From a virus, in IMG/VR virus record IMGVR_UViG_3300015360_000029, positions 23,460 through 87,459 of that record: a DNA stretch of 64,000 nucleotides; one strand, written 5' to 3'. Below, one piece after another: positions 1 to 10,796 of the stretch. The translations under genes were made by a program, and so were the position numbers. The first letter of the stretch is position 1; the number at the start of each line of letters is the position of its first letter. Under the pieces are notes generated by a model, which saw only the letters and a program-made list of their open reading frames with translations, did no database searches and was not told where the DNA came from.

Positions 1-19
1 CCGTGATCGTGTCAGGTAT

Positions 20-241
20 TTATGTCGGTAGTTGATCGTCAGGGATCGAACCTTTTCGGACGAGCCACATTCGCTTCATAGTCTCGATGTTCGAGAGTTC
101 AAGGACCTTCTTCTTGTACGGTGCCGGGATGTAGTTCTCGTCGTCTTCCTCTTCATCGAGGTCGGACTTCCAGTTCCAAGTGATCTGCCCAGTCTCGTCT
201 TCGATCTTGCCTTCGGCGATGAATTGTTTGAACGAGATCAT
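20..241 (-). CDS. Small protein with capsid-targeting-like N-terminus (possibly a truncated internal protein)
   Basis: Starts MISFKQFIAE, resembling the T4 internal-protein CTS MKTYQEFIAE; overlaps the gp25 stop (ATGA). Confidence 0.55.
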   Translation of the reverse strand: MISFKQFIAEGKIEDETGQITWNWKSDLDEEEDDENYIPAPYKKKVLELSNIETMKRMWLVRKGSIPDDQLPT

Positions 242-615
242 GATCCAACTGGAAATTCAAGTTTCAACGTTTCCGTGATGTTCAATTTCACGTATTCGAC
301 ATCGATCATTGCTACGATTGCATTGTTATTTGGGAGCGGCAGAACAGCGATGTCGATCAAGCGAACTCGCGGGTCATAATTCATTACCATCATAAGATCT
401 TCCTTGATAATGGAAATGCTTGTTTGATCTAGCGGTTCAAAAGCCATCAACGGGATTCGAGTTCCGAACTTAGGCTGCATCACACGTTCACCTGGAATTG
501 TATAAATGTGGTTCAGCAGATCGCGTTTCACAGTCTCGACATCGATTGTCGAGAAGGTCTTCCCGCCATTCTCGACATGAGCTTGTGTACTAAATCCACG
601 ATAGATTGATCTCAT
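238..615 (-). CDS. gp25: Baseplate wedge protein, gp25-like
   Basis: DLLNHIYTIPGERVMQPKFGT...FEPLD...YDPRV motifs typical of gp25/GPW; start reassigned to MRSIYRGF at 615. Confidence 0.9.
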   Translation of the reverse strand: MRSIYRGFSTQAHVENGGKTFSTIDVETVKRDLLNHIYTIPGERVMQPKFGTRIPLMAFEPLDQTSISIIKEDLMMVMNYDPRVRLIDIAVLPLPNNNAIVAMIDVEYVKLNITETLKLEFPVGS

Positions 616-619
616 AATG

Positions 620-1732
620 TCATTCCTTCCAATTCTTGCCGCGCACGATCTTCGATATTGGACGCTTCCATGGTTCATGTGACGGGATTAATGATGGTTG
701 ATCAGCGCACGGCGCTAGTGCAGCTTCATTGCCATTCAAATGAATCTGAGGTGCCGACTGCATCAGATTTCCGGCTGCAAGAATGTTGAACGTCTCGCCA
801 GATGTGATGTTTACACCACCTGCGCCTGTGAGCGAAAGATCAGAGCACGCTTCTGCTCGTAATGATTCCGAAGCGTTCAAATTTAGATTCTTACCAGCGC
901 TGATATTCACGTTCCCAAGCGCTTGCAAATTGAAGTCTCCACCTGCGGACATGCTGATAGATTCAGCTGCGTATACATGAACATGCCCGTCGCGATCCAT
1001 CTCTAGCCACGATCGACCTTGTGAAGTTGAAACATAGATTCGTTCATTCGCATCATCAAAGATAATCTGATGCCCTTCGGCTGTTTTGATTCGAACGCGA
1101 GCGCTTCCAGGATGATCTTGCATGATGATCGCGTGCCGACCTGGCGTAGTGATGCAATACGTCTGCGGATCAAGGCGCCCAATGTTTGAATCAGCAGATC
1201 GAATCACTCGCGGCGAATATCCTTCAGAATCCGTCTTTTCGTCTGTTGGCTGAGCTGCCATTCGTTCGTAAGCTCCGCGCGTTCGAGATATCGACGATGC
1301 AAGATCACCTTGGAATTGTGCCTTCAAATTCGTTGCCGTTGGCTCGATGATGCCACCGCTGTCAGATGTCGGTGCATCATCGTTCACATTTCTGCCAGCT
1401 GGAAGACTTCGATTACCGTGATCGGGGAAGAATGATCCCATGTATACACGTTGATTGTAATCTCCGTACAAGAACCCAATTAAGACTTGAGCACCGAGTT
1501 TTGGAACAGCCCAGAATCCGTATGATACAGGCCCAGAAGAAGCAGCACTTGATCCGCCAGCTGGGTACCCATAAGCCTGTCCAGCCAGCGGCGAAACATA
1601 CAGCACCCATGGGAGGATGTCAACGTTAGGATTCTGACCGTCGATAGATGGGCACCAAACTTTAATGCGACCCATCTCTTGTGGATCAGCGGTGTCAACA
1701 ACAACCCCGTCAATAAGTCCTGAGTTTGCCAT
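620..1732 (-). CDS. gp5: Baseplate spike/hub protein, gp5/VgrG-like OB-fold, no lysozyme domain evident
   Basis: GVVVDTADPQEMGRIKVWCP, VPKLGAQVLIGF..GD and C-terminal beta-helix-like repeats ending IHLN. Confidence 0.85.
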   Translation of the reverse strand: MANSGLIDGVVVDTADPQEMGRIKVWCPSIDGQNPNVDILPWVLYVSPLAGQAYGYPAGGSSAASSGPVSYGFWAVPKLGAQVLIGFLYGDYNQRVYMGSFFPDHGNRSLPAGRNVNDDAPTSDSGGIIEPTATNLKAQFQGDLASSISRTRGAYERMAAQPTDEKTDSEGYSPRVIRSADSNIGRLDPQTYCITTPGRHAIIMQDHPGSARVRIKTAEGHQIIFDDANERIYVSTSQGRSWLEMDRDGHVHVYAAESISMSAGGDFNLQALGNVNISAGKNLNLNASESLRAEACSDLSLTGAGGVNITSGETFNILAAGNLMQSAPQIHLNGNEAALAPCADQPSLIPSHEPWKRPISKIVRGKNWKE

Positions 1733-3825
1733 CAGGTTTTGACCTTTTCAATCTTGGAACCGCCAAAGATGTTGTGTGAGTACAATTCTAATTCTTGCGT
1801 AAACAAATGTCCTGCGAAGATGTTCGTGACTTTGAAGATTACGTAAAAGTTATTCGAGAGCACACTTGATGCGAACGTACCGTCCTGTAACGCTTCATTC
1901 GTCTTGAAATTGACAGCTGGTCCTTTGATGTTCACCTTTGCGAACACAGGCGCGACTGCGTATGATTTCGTACTCAACGGTTTCTGAATTGTGAATGCAT
2001 TCCCAACTTGTGAGATGTCTGAATTTTCATTCAAGATATCCTTTTCCAGACTTTCACGATACTGCCCGCGGCTAATTACTCCACTTTCGGTAGTTGATTG
2101 TCCGGATGTCGATGGCGATGAAGCATCGCCAGTATGAAGCAGCAATTGTCCGATGTTGAACTTGCTCATGATCAACGGATTCCCTTTAATCGTCATAGCG
2201 ACGACAATTGGCGAACCAGCATAGAACATCGAAAGATTCTTTGAGTACTGCAATGATTCTGCGATTCGCTGTTGGCTCATTGGTTTCGATGCAACTGAAG
2301 AAGTATACCTTGTAAAGTTATCGAGAGCACTCTTCGAATCAAGTGGTAGCACTAATGGGTCGAATTCTCGAGCGAATGATATCGCATCCGTCTTTGCTGC
2401 AGAGTCTGGGGTATCACCGCTGCTGTCAGTGACGTTCCTCATTGCACTATCGCCAACTCTCATGTTCGAAGCAAGCAAGAATTGAAAGTCTTGAATCTTT
2501 ACATCAAAATTCAAAATAGAATCGTTCTTACCTGTGAAGATGAAGTCCCATTCTAGAAAGTCTTTTGGTTTTCTAATAGGCAGCCCGTTTTCATCAACAG
2601 AACTAAAATAGTATTGATTGTCGAGTTTTGATATATTGTTCGTCGACACGTCAGCATCTGTGAACAAGTTCGGAACTTGAAACTCGACAACATCGACGTG
2701 CACGACCATTGTGACATTATCAGTTGTGAGTCCTACAAGTTGCTTGAAGAACTTGATGATACCGCCTTGAACAGCATCGCTCTGTTTGAAGTTCCCCATC
2801 GCAGCGATCTCTGGAACAGTTTTGAAAATAGCTTCAAGAACGTCAGTGATCAGCGCACCAGTGTTGGATGCGAAATACGAGCTTCGAATTTGACCGATTG
2901 TTTGGGACGATCCGACTGGTGGTTCTTTGATTGCTTCAGCATCAGCTCTAGCTTTGTCAATCTGGTCTTTGAACAAAGTTTCAACAATCTTCCCAGTGTT
3001 AGATCCCGACAATTGAAACTTGTCCCAATCCTTTGGAATCGTGATCATGTATTGGACTTTGCGACCGATTTTTTTAGCAGTCCTGGATTCATTGAACTTG
3101 TTCACGATGCTTTGAACAGAGTCATAGTATTCGGTTGATTTTCGATTCAGCTCTTGTTCAAGGCTTGTGATCAATCCAAGCAAGGAATTATCAGATGACA
3201 AAGCATTCGTGGCTGTCGAGATCGTAAGAAATCGAGAATTCTGATTCACATCAAAATTCATGTTCGGCATGAATTCTAGAACGTAAGATCCCTTAGCATA
3301 ATCAAGATTGATTTCCATTTGCTGAAGATGCATCGGAATCGTTTCAGTTTGAATTATGTCGGTACTTCCGTCAGGTTTATGCCCGACGAACATCACACGA
3401 AGCATGAACACGATCCCATCGTAATTCGTCTTCATCTGCGAATCAAGCAACCACTGCATAAAATTCGCGAACGAAATTCCGACAGAATCGAGAACTGTCA
3501 TCGACAGATCAGCTGCGAGATTCGATGGTGCTGCACCCTTATGCAAACCATTAACGTATACATCGTACTTCAAACTTTCAACAGTGAATTGTGAGAATCG
3601 ACGAGTATCAATTACTAGAAAGATTTCGTCTTTGCGGCCATTAAAGATTACAGGCGCTCCGAGATACTTCGCATCGTCTATTGCTTTCAGCGACGATGCC
3701 ATCGTATCTTTATCTTCCGAAGTGAATAATTTCGCAGTAACTGTCGTTCGACAAGCAAGAAGAACGTAATGTATCGAATACGTTTGGAACTCGTCAAGCG
3801 GATTGAAAGGTGTTCCGTTTGCCAT
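1732..3825 (-). CDS. Probable baseplate hub protein (gp27-like position)
   Basis: 697-aa ORF between gp53-like and gp5-like genes; MTIKGNP and YVIFKVTNIF.G.FTQEL resemble hub/gpD C-termini. Confidence 0.55.
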   Translation of the reverse strand: MANGTPFNPLDEFQTYSIHYVLLACRTTVTAKLFTSEDKDTMASSLKAIDDAKYLGAPVIFNGRKDEIFLVIDTRRFSQFTVESLKYDVYVNGLHKGAAPSNLAADLSMTVLDSVGISFANFMQWLLDSQMKTNYDGIVFMLRVMFVGHKPDGSTDIIQTETIPMHLQQMEINLDYAKGSYVLEFMPNMNFDVNQNSRFLTISTATNALSSDNSLLGLITSLEQELNRKSTEYYDSVQSIVNKFNESRTAKKIGRKVQYMITIPKDWDKFQLSGSNTGKIVETLFKDQIDKARADAEAIKEPPVGSSQTIGQIRSSYFASNTGALITDVLEAIFKTVPEIAAMGNFKQSDAVQGGIIKFFKQLVGLTTDNVTMVVHVDVVEFQVPNLFTDADVSTNNISKLDNQYYFSSVDENGLPIRKPKDFLEWDFIFTGKNDSILNFDVKIQDFQFLLASNMRVGDSAMRNVTDSSGDTPDSAAKTDAISFAREFDPLVLPLDSKSALDNFTRYTSSVASKPMSQQRIAESLQYSKNLSMFYAGSPIVVAMTIKGNPLIMSKFNIGQLLLHTGDASSPSTSGQSTTESGVISRGQYRESLEKDILNENSDISQVGNAFTIQKPLSTKSYAVAPVFAKVNIKGPAVNFKTNEALQDGTFASSVLSNNFYVIFKVTNIFAGHLFTQELELYSHNIFGGSKIEKVKT

Positions 3826-4196
3826 TATACGATCGGGAGGATTGAAATTGGAACTTCGCGCTTCGATGGTACGCCACCAATTTTATTTGACATGATTGTT
3901 TTGATTCTGTCAATTGTCGGAATGTACAAGATCATTCCTTCTGTGATTTCCGAAGATGGATCAAGAATGTTGTTGTATTGTGCAACAACCCACCAATATC
4001 GCGGCTCGTCAAGAAATGTTGCGGTTATCCAATCAAGTCGACCAACAAATTTCTTCTCTACAATGTAAGTTGTATCATCAGAATTCATTGGGAACACGAC
4101 ACGTTCCCACCATTCGATAGCTATTGGATTCACCTCAGTGGTACCACCGGCGCTGTATCGTGATGTTCGAATTTGGGTGCTATTCTTTTCAGCCAT
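3825..4196 (-). CDS. gp53: Baseplate wedge protein, gp53-like (LysM-like)
   Basis: GRLDWITATFLDEPRYWWVVAQYNNILDP...G.ILYIP motif. Confidence 0.8.
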   Translation of the reverse strand: MAEKNSTQIRTSRYSAGGTTEVNPIAIEWWERVVFPMNSDDTTYIVEKKFVGRLDWITATFLDEPRYWWVVAQYNNILDPSSEITEGMILYIPTIDRIKTIMSNKIGGVPSKREVPISILPIV

Positions 4197-4197
4197 G

Positions 4198-5877
4198 TTA
4201 TGGTCCTAGGGCAGCGAGCTGCTCTGTAGCTCTTTGGAAATCACCTGATGCTCTTTTTATATCTGAAATTGCAGCATCGAGTTCTAAATTTATAGCAAAC
4301 ATTTCAGCTTTAGTGGTCGCTGCTGCCAGACGCGGTTCAAGGCTGTTATATTGAGCTTTGTGAAATTGAAGTTCTTTGATAACTACACCAATTTCGTTGT
4401 TAAGAGCACTCTTCTTAGCTTCAATTTCTGAGGAAGTTAAAGCTGGTGCAGGTTGTGCTGCAGGTTGTGCTGCTGACACAGATACAGCTGGTGCCACCTC
4501 AATAGATCCAGATTCGCCAGCACCGGATTCAGAAGCGGCCGTCTTCAATTCTGAAATAGCAGGTGTAACAAGATCAGGGATTACATTACCTCGACCGCCT
4601 TTAACAGAATCGCCAAGCCCAGCAAAAACTCTTTGTGCTGAATCGATATCGGAACGTATCCCACGTCCTCGGCCCCCATTTGGAACTGATTGAGCTTCTT
4701 GTTGAGGGATCTCATTTGTAGAAGTTCCAAAGTTCTGGCCTTCGTATCGAGATTTCGTATCGGCTGTTGGTTGCCCATAAGCATCAATCATGTTCCCGAG
4801 AAGGTAATCTTCAAGACTGAATTGATTGAATTCTTTTGTGCTGAAGCTCTCGACAAGTTGAATTGAAAGTTGGATTACCGTTGGGAACGGGATGTTTGAA
4901 GCTGATTCATCTGGCGACATTGCTGGGATGTAATCTACATCTTTCGGCCAATTCCAACTCAGTGACGTAATGACAACTGGCACCTCGCCGATCATCGATT
5001 TCCTGAATCCACGAAACTTCAAAACAGGTGGTGGCGCGCCAAGTCTGTTCTTGAATCGACCAGATTCGAGTGTGTGATCACCAAAGAACGGCATCGTCCA
5101 GCCGCGCAGCCAGTTCAAGTTCTTCAAGTTCAAAGATGCTTCGGCTGATGTTCGTGAAATAAATGTAGCATTCATTTGCCATTGAACACTTTCAGTGCCT
5201 TTATACTTTTGAAAAGAACCTGGGAACTGTGATGGGGATACAGCTTCGTATGATACTGACCGATTCTCAACGATCTCTGGCATCACTATGAATTCAATGA
5301 TCTCACGAGTGATGGTATTTTCAAGAACAACCAAATGCGAACGATCTTCTCCAGCATCTTGAATTTTGATTACTTCGTTCACAGATTGTGCTGTCGCTGT
5401 CACATCAAGACTGCTGCCGCCGAATCCGAGTCCGAAAGTGTTCCCGCCAAGAGCTCCGAACAAATTTGGTGGGGCAAATTGGGTAGGAGCAGTTCCACCT
5501 AAAAGGCTAGCTGTTGATGGCAGCTTTGATCCTAAATTTTGAAAAGAATTTATTCCATTCGTAAATCTATTTTTTAGATCAGATATACCTTCTCCAACTT
5601 TAGTGCCAAGATCTGAAACAAACATTCCAACTGCGCGGTATGCTTCACCTCGTCCCTTTGCTTGTTGGAGACTCGACATAGCTGCTAACCGATTTTGAGC
5701 TCGTTCGACAAATTCGGCAGGGGCCTGACCATTTTCAACCGCTGCCGCGAGTTCCCGAAGATCGTTTTCATCTTGTGTGGGAGTATCGACCCCCGGTAAC
5801 AACAGATACCCACCAACAAGGTTCTCAGAATTACTGCCTAAGATGCTTGTGTTAAAGGTTGAATCTGGAATTTCCAT
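4198..5877 (-). CDS. Baseplate/tail-tube junction protein (tube-initiator-like core with low-complexity extensions)
   Basis: Central YKGTESVQW...LRGWTMP...GAPPPVLKF...VPVVITSLSWNWP; located in the baseplate cluster. Confidence 0.65.
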   Translation of the reverse strand: MEIPDSTFNTSILGSNSENLVGGYLLLPGVDTPTQDENDLRELAAAVENGQAPAEFVERAQNRLAAMSSLQQAKGRGEAYRAVGMFVSDLGTKVGEGISDLKNRFTNGINSFQNLGSKLPSTASLLGGTAPTQFAPPNLFGALGGNTFGLGFGGSSLDVTATAQSVNEVIKIQDAGEDRSHLVVLENTITREIIEFIVMPEIVENRSVSYEAVSPSQFPGSFQKYKGTESVQWQMNATFISRTSAEASLNLKNLNWLRGWTMPFFGDHTLESGRFKNRLGAPPPVLKFRGFRKSMIGEVPVVITSLSWNWPKDVDYIPAMSPDESASNIPFPTVIQLSIQLVESFSTKEFNQFSLEDYLLGNMIDAYGQPTADTKSRYEGQNFGTSTNEIPQQEAQSVPNGGRGRGIRSDIDSAQRVFAGLGDSVKGGRGNVIPDLVTPAISELKTAASESGAGESGSIEVAPAVSVSAAQPAAQPAPALTSSEIEAKKSALNNEIGVVIKELQFHKAQYNSLEPRLAAATTKAEMFAINLELDAAISDIKRASGDFQRATEQLAALGP

Positions 5878-6575
5878 TATTTCTTGATTTCTGCATTAGG
5901 TGAATTCAACGAAATTTTGACTTTCTTGAAAATAATGTCAGCAAGTTTCTGATTGACACCAAGAATACTGGCGAACGCTTTCTTTTTACCAAGCTTCACA
6001 GCCAGCCGAGCCATCGATGCCGACATCATGTGAATCGGGATTTCTTTACCATTCTCAGCCATGTCTAAGAGTTCTTCAGACGGAACACCATCATCAGGGT
6101 CAGCACGCTCATCAAGTCCTGGCAAGATGATGTGTTTCAATTTTGAACCGTCAGCTGCAGTGAAATACTTATCTAGCAACTCAATGTATTTCGCAGCACG
6201 ATCTGATCCGGCTGCGATCGCGTACGGCTCAAAACCAGCCTTTCGAACGTCTTTGAAAGCATCGAACGCTGTTTTTGAAGTGATGAACTTCACCCCGTTC
6301 GCATTCCCAGATGCTGTCATGAACTTGATTCTGTCTTCTGCCGAGAGTGGGTTCCTCTTCAAATCTTTAGAAGTATTATCGTTAGCTACGACTACGACGA
6401 TTGGAGTTACCTTGTGCCCCATAGCCACTGTGAATGCTGTCATCAACTTAATGGCACTATAGTGGCCTTGAGTTGGTGGATTGAACCGCCCTACCATGAC
6501 AACCGCCCTTTTCGATTGCTCGCCGACAGTTTCCTCCAACAAGTATTCATTCATGATGTCTCCAAATTCGATCAT
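5877..6575 (-). CDS. Cytidylyltransferase-like (HIGH-class) nucleotidyltransferase
   Basis: GRFNPPTQGH, NPLS, AGSDR and MSASMAR motifs; true start may be the later MNEYLLEE. Confidence 0.8.
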   Translation of the reverse strand: MIEFGDIMNEYLLEETVGEQSKRAVVMVGRFNPPTQGHYSAIKLMTAFTVAMGHKVTPIVVVVANDNTSKDLKRNPLSAEDRIKFMTASGNANGVKFITSKTAFDAFKDVRKAGFEPYAIAAGSDRAAKYIELLDKYFTAADGSKLKHIILPGLDERADPDDGVPSEELLDMAENGKEIPIHMMSASMARLAVKLGKKKAFASILGVNQKLADIIFKKVKISLNSPNAEIKK

Positions 6576-6680
6576 GTATTTACGAGTTCGGTCAGATCCT
6601 CGTTTTTGATCGATTGCGGTTCGATGTATGTTACAATCAATTTTGTGTCGCCTTTAAACTCTCTTAGGAAAGAGGACATC

Positions 6681-7217
6681 ATGGCGACAAAAAAGATTTT
6701 GACGGCTACCGGAAGCCAACCAGAAGTGATCCCGAAGAAGGTGATCAAAGTAAAGAAGGCGAAATCGACTTCAACTCGCGGGCATTACGTGACGAACGCT
6801 CAGCTGATTGAAGCGATCGCCGCGGACAAACTTACCAAGGATGCAACGAATCCAAACGGAAAACTTTCTGGAAAGTTGGCGAAGTATCTCTGGATGATTG
6901 CCGAACGGTATTCATACAGTCCGTCTTTCGCAGGATATTCGTTCCGCGAAGATATGGTTTCAATCGCTGTCGTGAATCTCTGTGCGAATTGGTACAAGTT
7001 CGACCCAGCGAAGTCTGACAACCCTTTCGCATTCTACACGACGGCTGCATATCGATCGTTCTTGCAGTACCTCGCAGACGAGAAAAAGCATCGCGAAATT
7101 CGTGATTCGCTGTTAGTCGAGCATGGTGCGAACCCGTCATTTGCTTTCCAAGATAGAACACGACCAGGTAAGACTTCGGATGAGACTGCATTTCGTTCCT
7201 CATCTGGGGAGGAGTGA
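6681..7217 (+). CDS. gp55: Late transcription sigma factor, gp55-like
   Basis: HYVTNAQL, IAERYSYSPSFAGYSFREDM, FDPAKSDNPFAFYT; RBS AGAGGA before ATG 6681. Confidence 0.92.
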   Translation: MATKKILTATGSQPEVIPKKVIKVKKAKSTSTRGHYVTNAQLIEAIAADKLTKDATNPNGKLSGKLAKYLWMIAERYSYSPSFAGYSFREDMVSIAVVNLCANWYKFDPAKSDNPFAFYTTAAYRSFLQYLADEKKHREIRDSLLVEHGANPSFAFQDRTRPGKTSDETAFRSSSGEE

Positions 7218-7221
7218 GTCA

Positions 7222-8307
7222 ATGGCAATCATTACAACTGCTCGGAGTTCTCCATTGAAAAAAGAACTCGGCGAAATCAGAAAGCTCTGTGCTTTTACGG
7301 ACATCCATTTTGGCGCCAGAAACAATAGCGATCAGCATAATTTGGATTGTTTGGACTTCATCGATTGGTTCATCACAAAAGTGAAGATGATCAAGCCAAG
7401 CCACATCGCATTTCTTGGAGACTTCTTTGAGAATCGGAACGCGATCAACGTTCGCACTTTGAATGCTGCGACTGAATGCTGCCGCCGTTTGAACGCCTTA
7501 GGCATCCCGATCTTTTGGATCGTTGGAAATCATGATCTGTATCACCGTTCGAATCGAAAGATCTTCTCGACTGACATCTTCTCAGATCACGATAACTTCA
7601 TCGTCATCAACGAGCCAATCGAATTGAACAAGGATTGGTTCGCTGCTCCTTTCCTATTCAAAGACGAGTACCCGTCGTTGGCTGCCGACATCAACAGCCA
7701 CAAGTACGTGATGGGGCACTTCGAGTTCAGGAACTTCGTTGTTGCTGGATCAACTCGAACTCTCGATCACGGACCTGAGGCTGAAGCATTTTCAGGTCCG
7801 AAGTATATCTTCACTGGACACTTTCATAAGCGGCAGTTCAATCGGAACATTGTATACATCGGGAATACATTCCCGACGAACTACGGCGATGCCGGCGATG
7901 CCGCTCGTGGAATGGCCATCTTCGATGTTGAAAGTGATGAAGTGTATTTTGAAGATTGGGAAGATGCTCCGTTATTTTTCAAGACAAAGCTCAGTCAAGT
8001 TCTCGAAGGCGAAAGCGAATGGCCGCCGAAGAGTCGTGTTCGCTGTACCCTTGATGCTGATATTGGGTACAGCGACGTTCAAGCTCTTCGCGAAGAGATG
8101 ATCAAGTCGTTCAGTCTTCGTGAATTTTCAGTCGAAGAAGATCAAGCACTTCGAAAGGGAATGCTGAGTGAAGGTTTAGAATTAGAGACAGAACTTGACA
8201 CGAGTTCGCTTGATTCGACAGTGAGACAGTTGATCATCGATGGTGTTCAACCATCGCCGACGATTGATCCCGCAGTTCTGGTTCGTTTGTACGAGGAGTT
8301 AGTGTGA
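7222..8307 (+). CDS. gp47: Recombination endonuclease subunit (Mre11/SbcD-like)
   Basis: Metallophosphoesterase motifs DIHFG, GDFF, GNHD, GHFE, GHFH. Confidence 0.93.
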   Translation: MAIITTARSSPLKKELGEIRKLCAFTDIHFGARNNSDQHNLDCLDFIDWFITKVKMIKPSHIAFLGDFFENRNAINVRTLNAATECCRRLNALGIPIFWIVGNHDLYHRSNRKIFSTDIFSDHDNFIVINEPIELNKDWFAAPFLFKDEYPSLAADINSHKYVMGHFEFRNFVVAGSTRTLDHGPEAEAFSGPKYIFTGHFHKRQFNRNIVYIGNTFPTNYGDAGDAARGMAIFDVESDEVYFEDWEDAPLFFKTKLSQVLEGESEWPPKSRVRCTLDADIGYSDVQALREEMIKSFSLREFSVEEDQALRKGMLSEGLELETELDTSSLDSTVRQLIIDGVQPSPTIDPAVLVRLYEELV

Positions 8308-8435
8308 TGGAGAATTTAGCTGTGATGCTCTGGGCTATCGTCGGCGCTACGTTGATTGGAATTTGGGCAGGTTCTCCAATGCTCGGCATCGGTGTGTACT
8401 GCTGCATTGCGGCAACAGGAGGTTGGAAGTCATGA
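8307..8435 (+). CDS. 42-aa hydrophobic (membrane) peptide, absent from the ORF track
   Basis: MENLAVMLWAIVGATLIGIWAGSPMLGIGVYCCIAATGGWKS; TGATG and ATGA overlaps on both sides; GAGGAG upstream. Confidence 0.6.
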   Translation: MENLAVMLWAIVGATLIGIWAGSPMLGIGVYCCIAATGGWKS

Positions 8436-10171
8436 GCATCCCGCTAATCTTCAAATCACTCTCGCTGAAGAATTTCATGAGCGTTGGAAATGCGGAAAGC
8501 ACGATCGAGCTTGACTGTCAAGGTACTGTCACTGTCACTGGCGAGAACCTTGACAATGGCGGATCGAACGGTGCTGGGAAAACGACGATCATCAATGCTC
8601 TGTGTTATGCTCTGTATAACAAGGCGTTCGACGCAATCACCTTACAGCGTCTTGTGAATACTACGAACGCGTTGAAGAATACGCAAATGGAAGTGCGTCT
8701 TGTGTTTGAGAAAAACGGTTGCGAGTACGAAGTATTTCGGGCGCGCGGCACAGATTACAAGATCGAAATTACGAAGGATGGCGAGGACATCACTCCTGGA
8801 AAGGGTGCTGTCGAATGTGATGCGCTGCTTGTTGACATCGTAGGGATCAGTTACGAGTTGTTCACGAAAACAATCATATTCTCAGGGAATTCACCTGCAT
8901 TCCTGCAACTCCCTTTGTTTCAACAACGGAATCAGATCGAAGAGCTGTTCAACATTACGATGCTCTCCGAAAAGGCAACGATCTTGAAAGAAAAGATCAA
9001 GGCAACAGAACAAGACATCAAAGTTCAAGAAGCTGTGTGCAAGCAGCAAGAGAGTGCTGTTGAGCTGCATAAAAGGCAAGTGAAAGAAGCTGAATCACGA
9101 GTTCTTCGTTGGGAATCACAACGAGTTTCAGAGATCGAAGAAATTGAAGAAACATTGCTGATCGTTGGACAGATCGATTTCGATGCTGAAAAAGCGCGGC
9201 ATGCCGAACGAAATTTGCTGAAGCAAGATGGCGCGTACCTTGCTGCGAAGCTTGCACCGCTGAAGAAAGACCATCAGCACTTGTCGCAAGCTGTTCAGAA
9301 GTTGATAGCTGAACACTCACACCTTGAAGATGCCACGTGCCCGTATTGTGCTCAATCGTTTCCAGATGCCCCGTCGAAGATTGCACTTGTTGATGCAGAC
9401 ATTCAAACCAAAGGTTCAAAGCTTCTTGAAGTTGAAGAGAAAGTTCAAGACTTCGGAGCGAAACTTCGTGACGCGAATTCGAAACTTGGCATTGTTGAAG
9501 GTGCGATCCAATATCAAGATCTCGATGAACTTCTTTCTGCTCGTGAGAACGCACAAGGTCTTCGTGCGAAGGCTACAGAACTCAAAATCGCAGTGAACCC
9601 ACATATCGAAGCTCGAGAAAAGCTTTCATCTGGAAAGGTTCTAGAAGTAGAGTATCTTCGCGTTGACGACATGCGGAAGCGACTTGACCATCAGCAATTC
9701 TTACTGAAGCTTCTCACTGATAAGAATTCATTCCTTCGTCGTCGGATCATCAACAAAACAATTCCGTTCTTGAACAATCGCTTGAATCATTTCACGAATG
9801 CTCTTGGGTTGCCACACATCGTGAAGTTCGATGCAGACATGAGCTGTACTGTAACAGAATTTGGACGTGAGCTAGACTTCGGGAACCTTTCTGCTGGTGA
9901 AAAGAAACGGGTAAACACGTCAATGGCACTCGCGTTCCGTGACGTGTTGCATCACTTACACGCTAAGACGAATCTTTTGATGATTGACGAGCTCGATGGC
10001 GCGCTTGATCAGCCTGGTATTGATGGCATCATTCGAATTCTGAAAGAGAAGAGTCGCGATGAGAACTTGTCTGTGTTCATCATCTCGCACCACCCGTCGA
10101 TCGTCGGGCGCCTCGACAGAAATCTTCGAGTTGTGAAAGAGAACGGGTTCACTTCCATAGAGATGGAGTAA
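8432..10171 (+). CDS. gp46: Recombination ATPase (Rad50/SbcC-like)
   Basis: Walker A NGAGKTT, zinc hook CPYC, signature LSAGEK, Walker B IDELDG. Confidence 0.95.
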   Translation: MSIPLIFKSLSLKNFMSVGNAESTIELDCQGTVTVTGENLDNGGSNGAGKTTIINALCYALYNKAFDAITLQRLVNTTNALKNTQMEVRLVFEKNGCEYEVFRARGTDYKIEITKDGEDITPGKGAVECDALLVDIVGISYELFTKTIIFSGNSPAFLQLPLFQQRNQIEELFNITMLSEKATILKEKIKATEQDIKVQEAVCKQQESAVELHKRQVKEAESRVLRWESQRVSEIEEIEETLLIVGQIDFDAEKARHAERNLLKQDGAYLAAKLAPLKKDHQHLSQAVQKLIAEHSHLEDATCPYCAQSFPDAPSKIALVDADIQTKGSKLLEVEEKVQDFGAKLRDANSKLGIVEGAIQYQDLDELLSARENAQGLRAKATELKIAVNPHIEAREKLSSGKVLEVEYLRVDDMRKRLDHQQFLLKLLTDKNSFLRRRIINKTIPFLNNRLNHFTNALGLPHIVKFDADMSCTVTEFGRELDFGNLSAGEKKRVNTSMALAFRDVLHHLHAKTNLLMIDELDGALDQPGIDGIIRILKEKSRDENLSVFIISHHPSIVGRLDRNLRVVKENGFTSIEME

Positions 10172-10195
10172 ATACTAGATGCTTTGGAGACTTGA

Positions 10196-10771
10196 ATGAA
10201 AAAGAACGACTTACAAAATCTTGGAAGATCACTTCGCGAAAGTGCATCTGTGAGTTCGCGATTTAAGATTGCTATCGATAAAGTACGCGAAGACATCAAA
10301 GCTCTTGATGTCCTATTGAAGGAAGCAAATCGTCTCGGTTTGATTGATCTTTCAGAAGAAGCGATTGAAGTCGAATCAGCCGAGAATGTTTGGAAGGCTT
10401 CGAAAGATTCTGCTAAAACATACATTAGCAACACAGCGTACTTCGTAAAACAGCTGAAAGACGATTCCGAATTCGAAGTTATGATTGACACTGCCGGGAA
10501 GCGGAAGTTCTTCGCGAAGCTCTCGAATATCGATCTCAAAAAGTCATTCACTCCGATGCGCCCGAACCAGACTCCTGATGTTGAAGGGTATGTTCAGTAT
10601 CGCGACATCGAACAGGTCGAAGCATTCGCGTACTCTGAAGACACAGTGAAGCTGAACACAGATGCTCTGCTGAACAAGGGTGATTATCTCGTTCGCAAGA
10701 TTGATGGTAATGATTTCATCTACGAAGTTCAAAAGGCGAGAGATTTCGAAGCATCGTATTCTGAGAAGTGA
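10196..10771 (+). CDS. Hypothetical protein
   Basis: 191-aa ORF after a TAAATA motif. Confidence 0.65.
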   Translation: MKKNDLQNLGRSLRESASVSSRFKIAIDKVREDIKALDVLLKEANRLGLIDLSEEAIEVESAENVWKASKDSAKTYISNTAYFVKQLKDDSEFEVMIDTAGKRKFFAKLSNIDLKKSFTPMRPNQTPDVEGYVQYRDIEQVEAFAYSEDTVKLNTDALLNKGDYLVRKIDGNDFIYEVQKARDFEASYSEK

Positions 10772-10796
10772 GCGGTTCTGAAGCAATAAATAAGGG

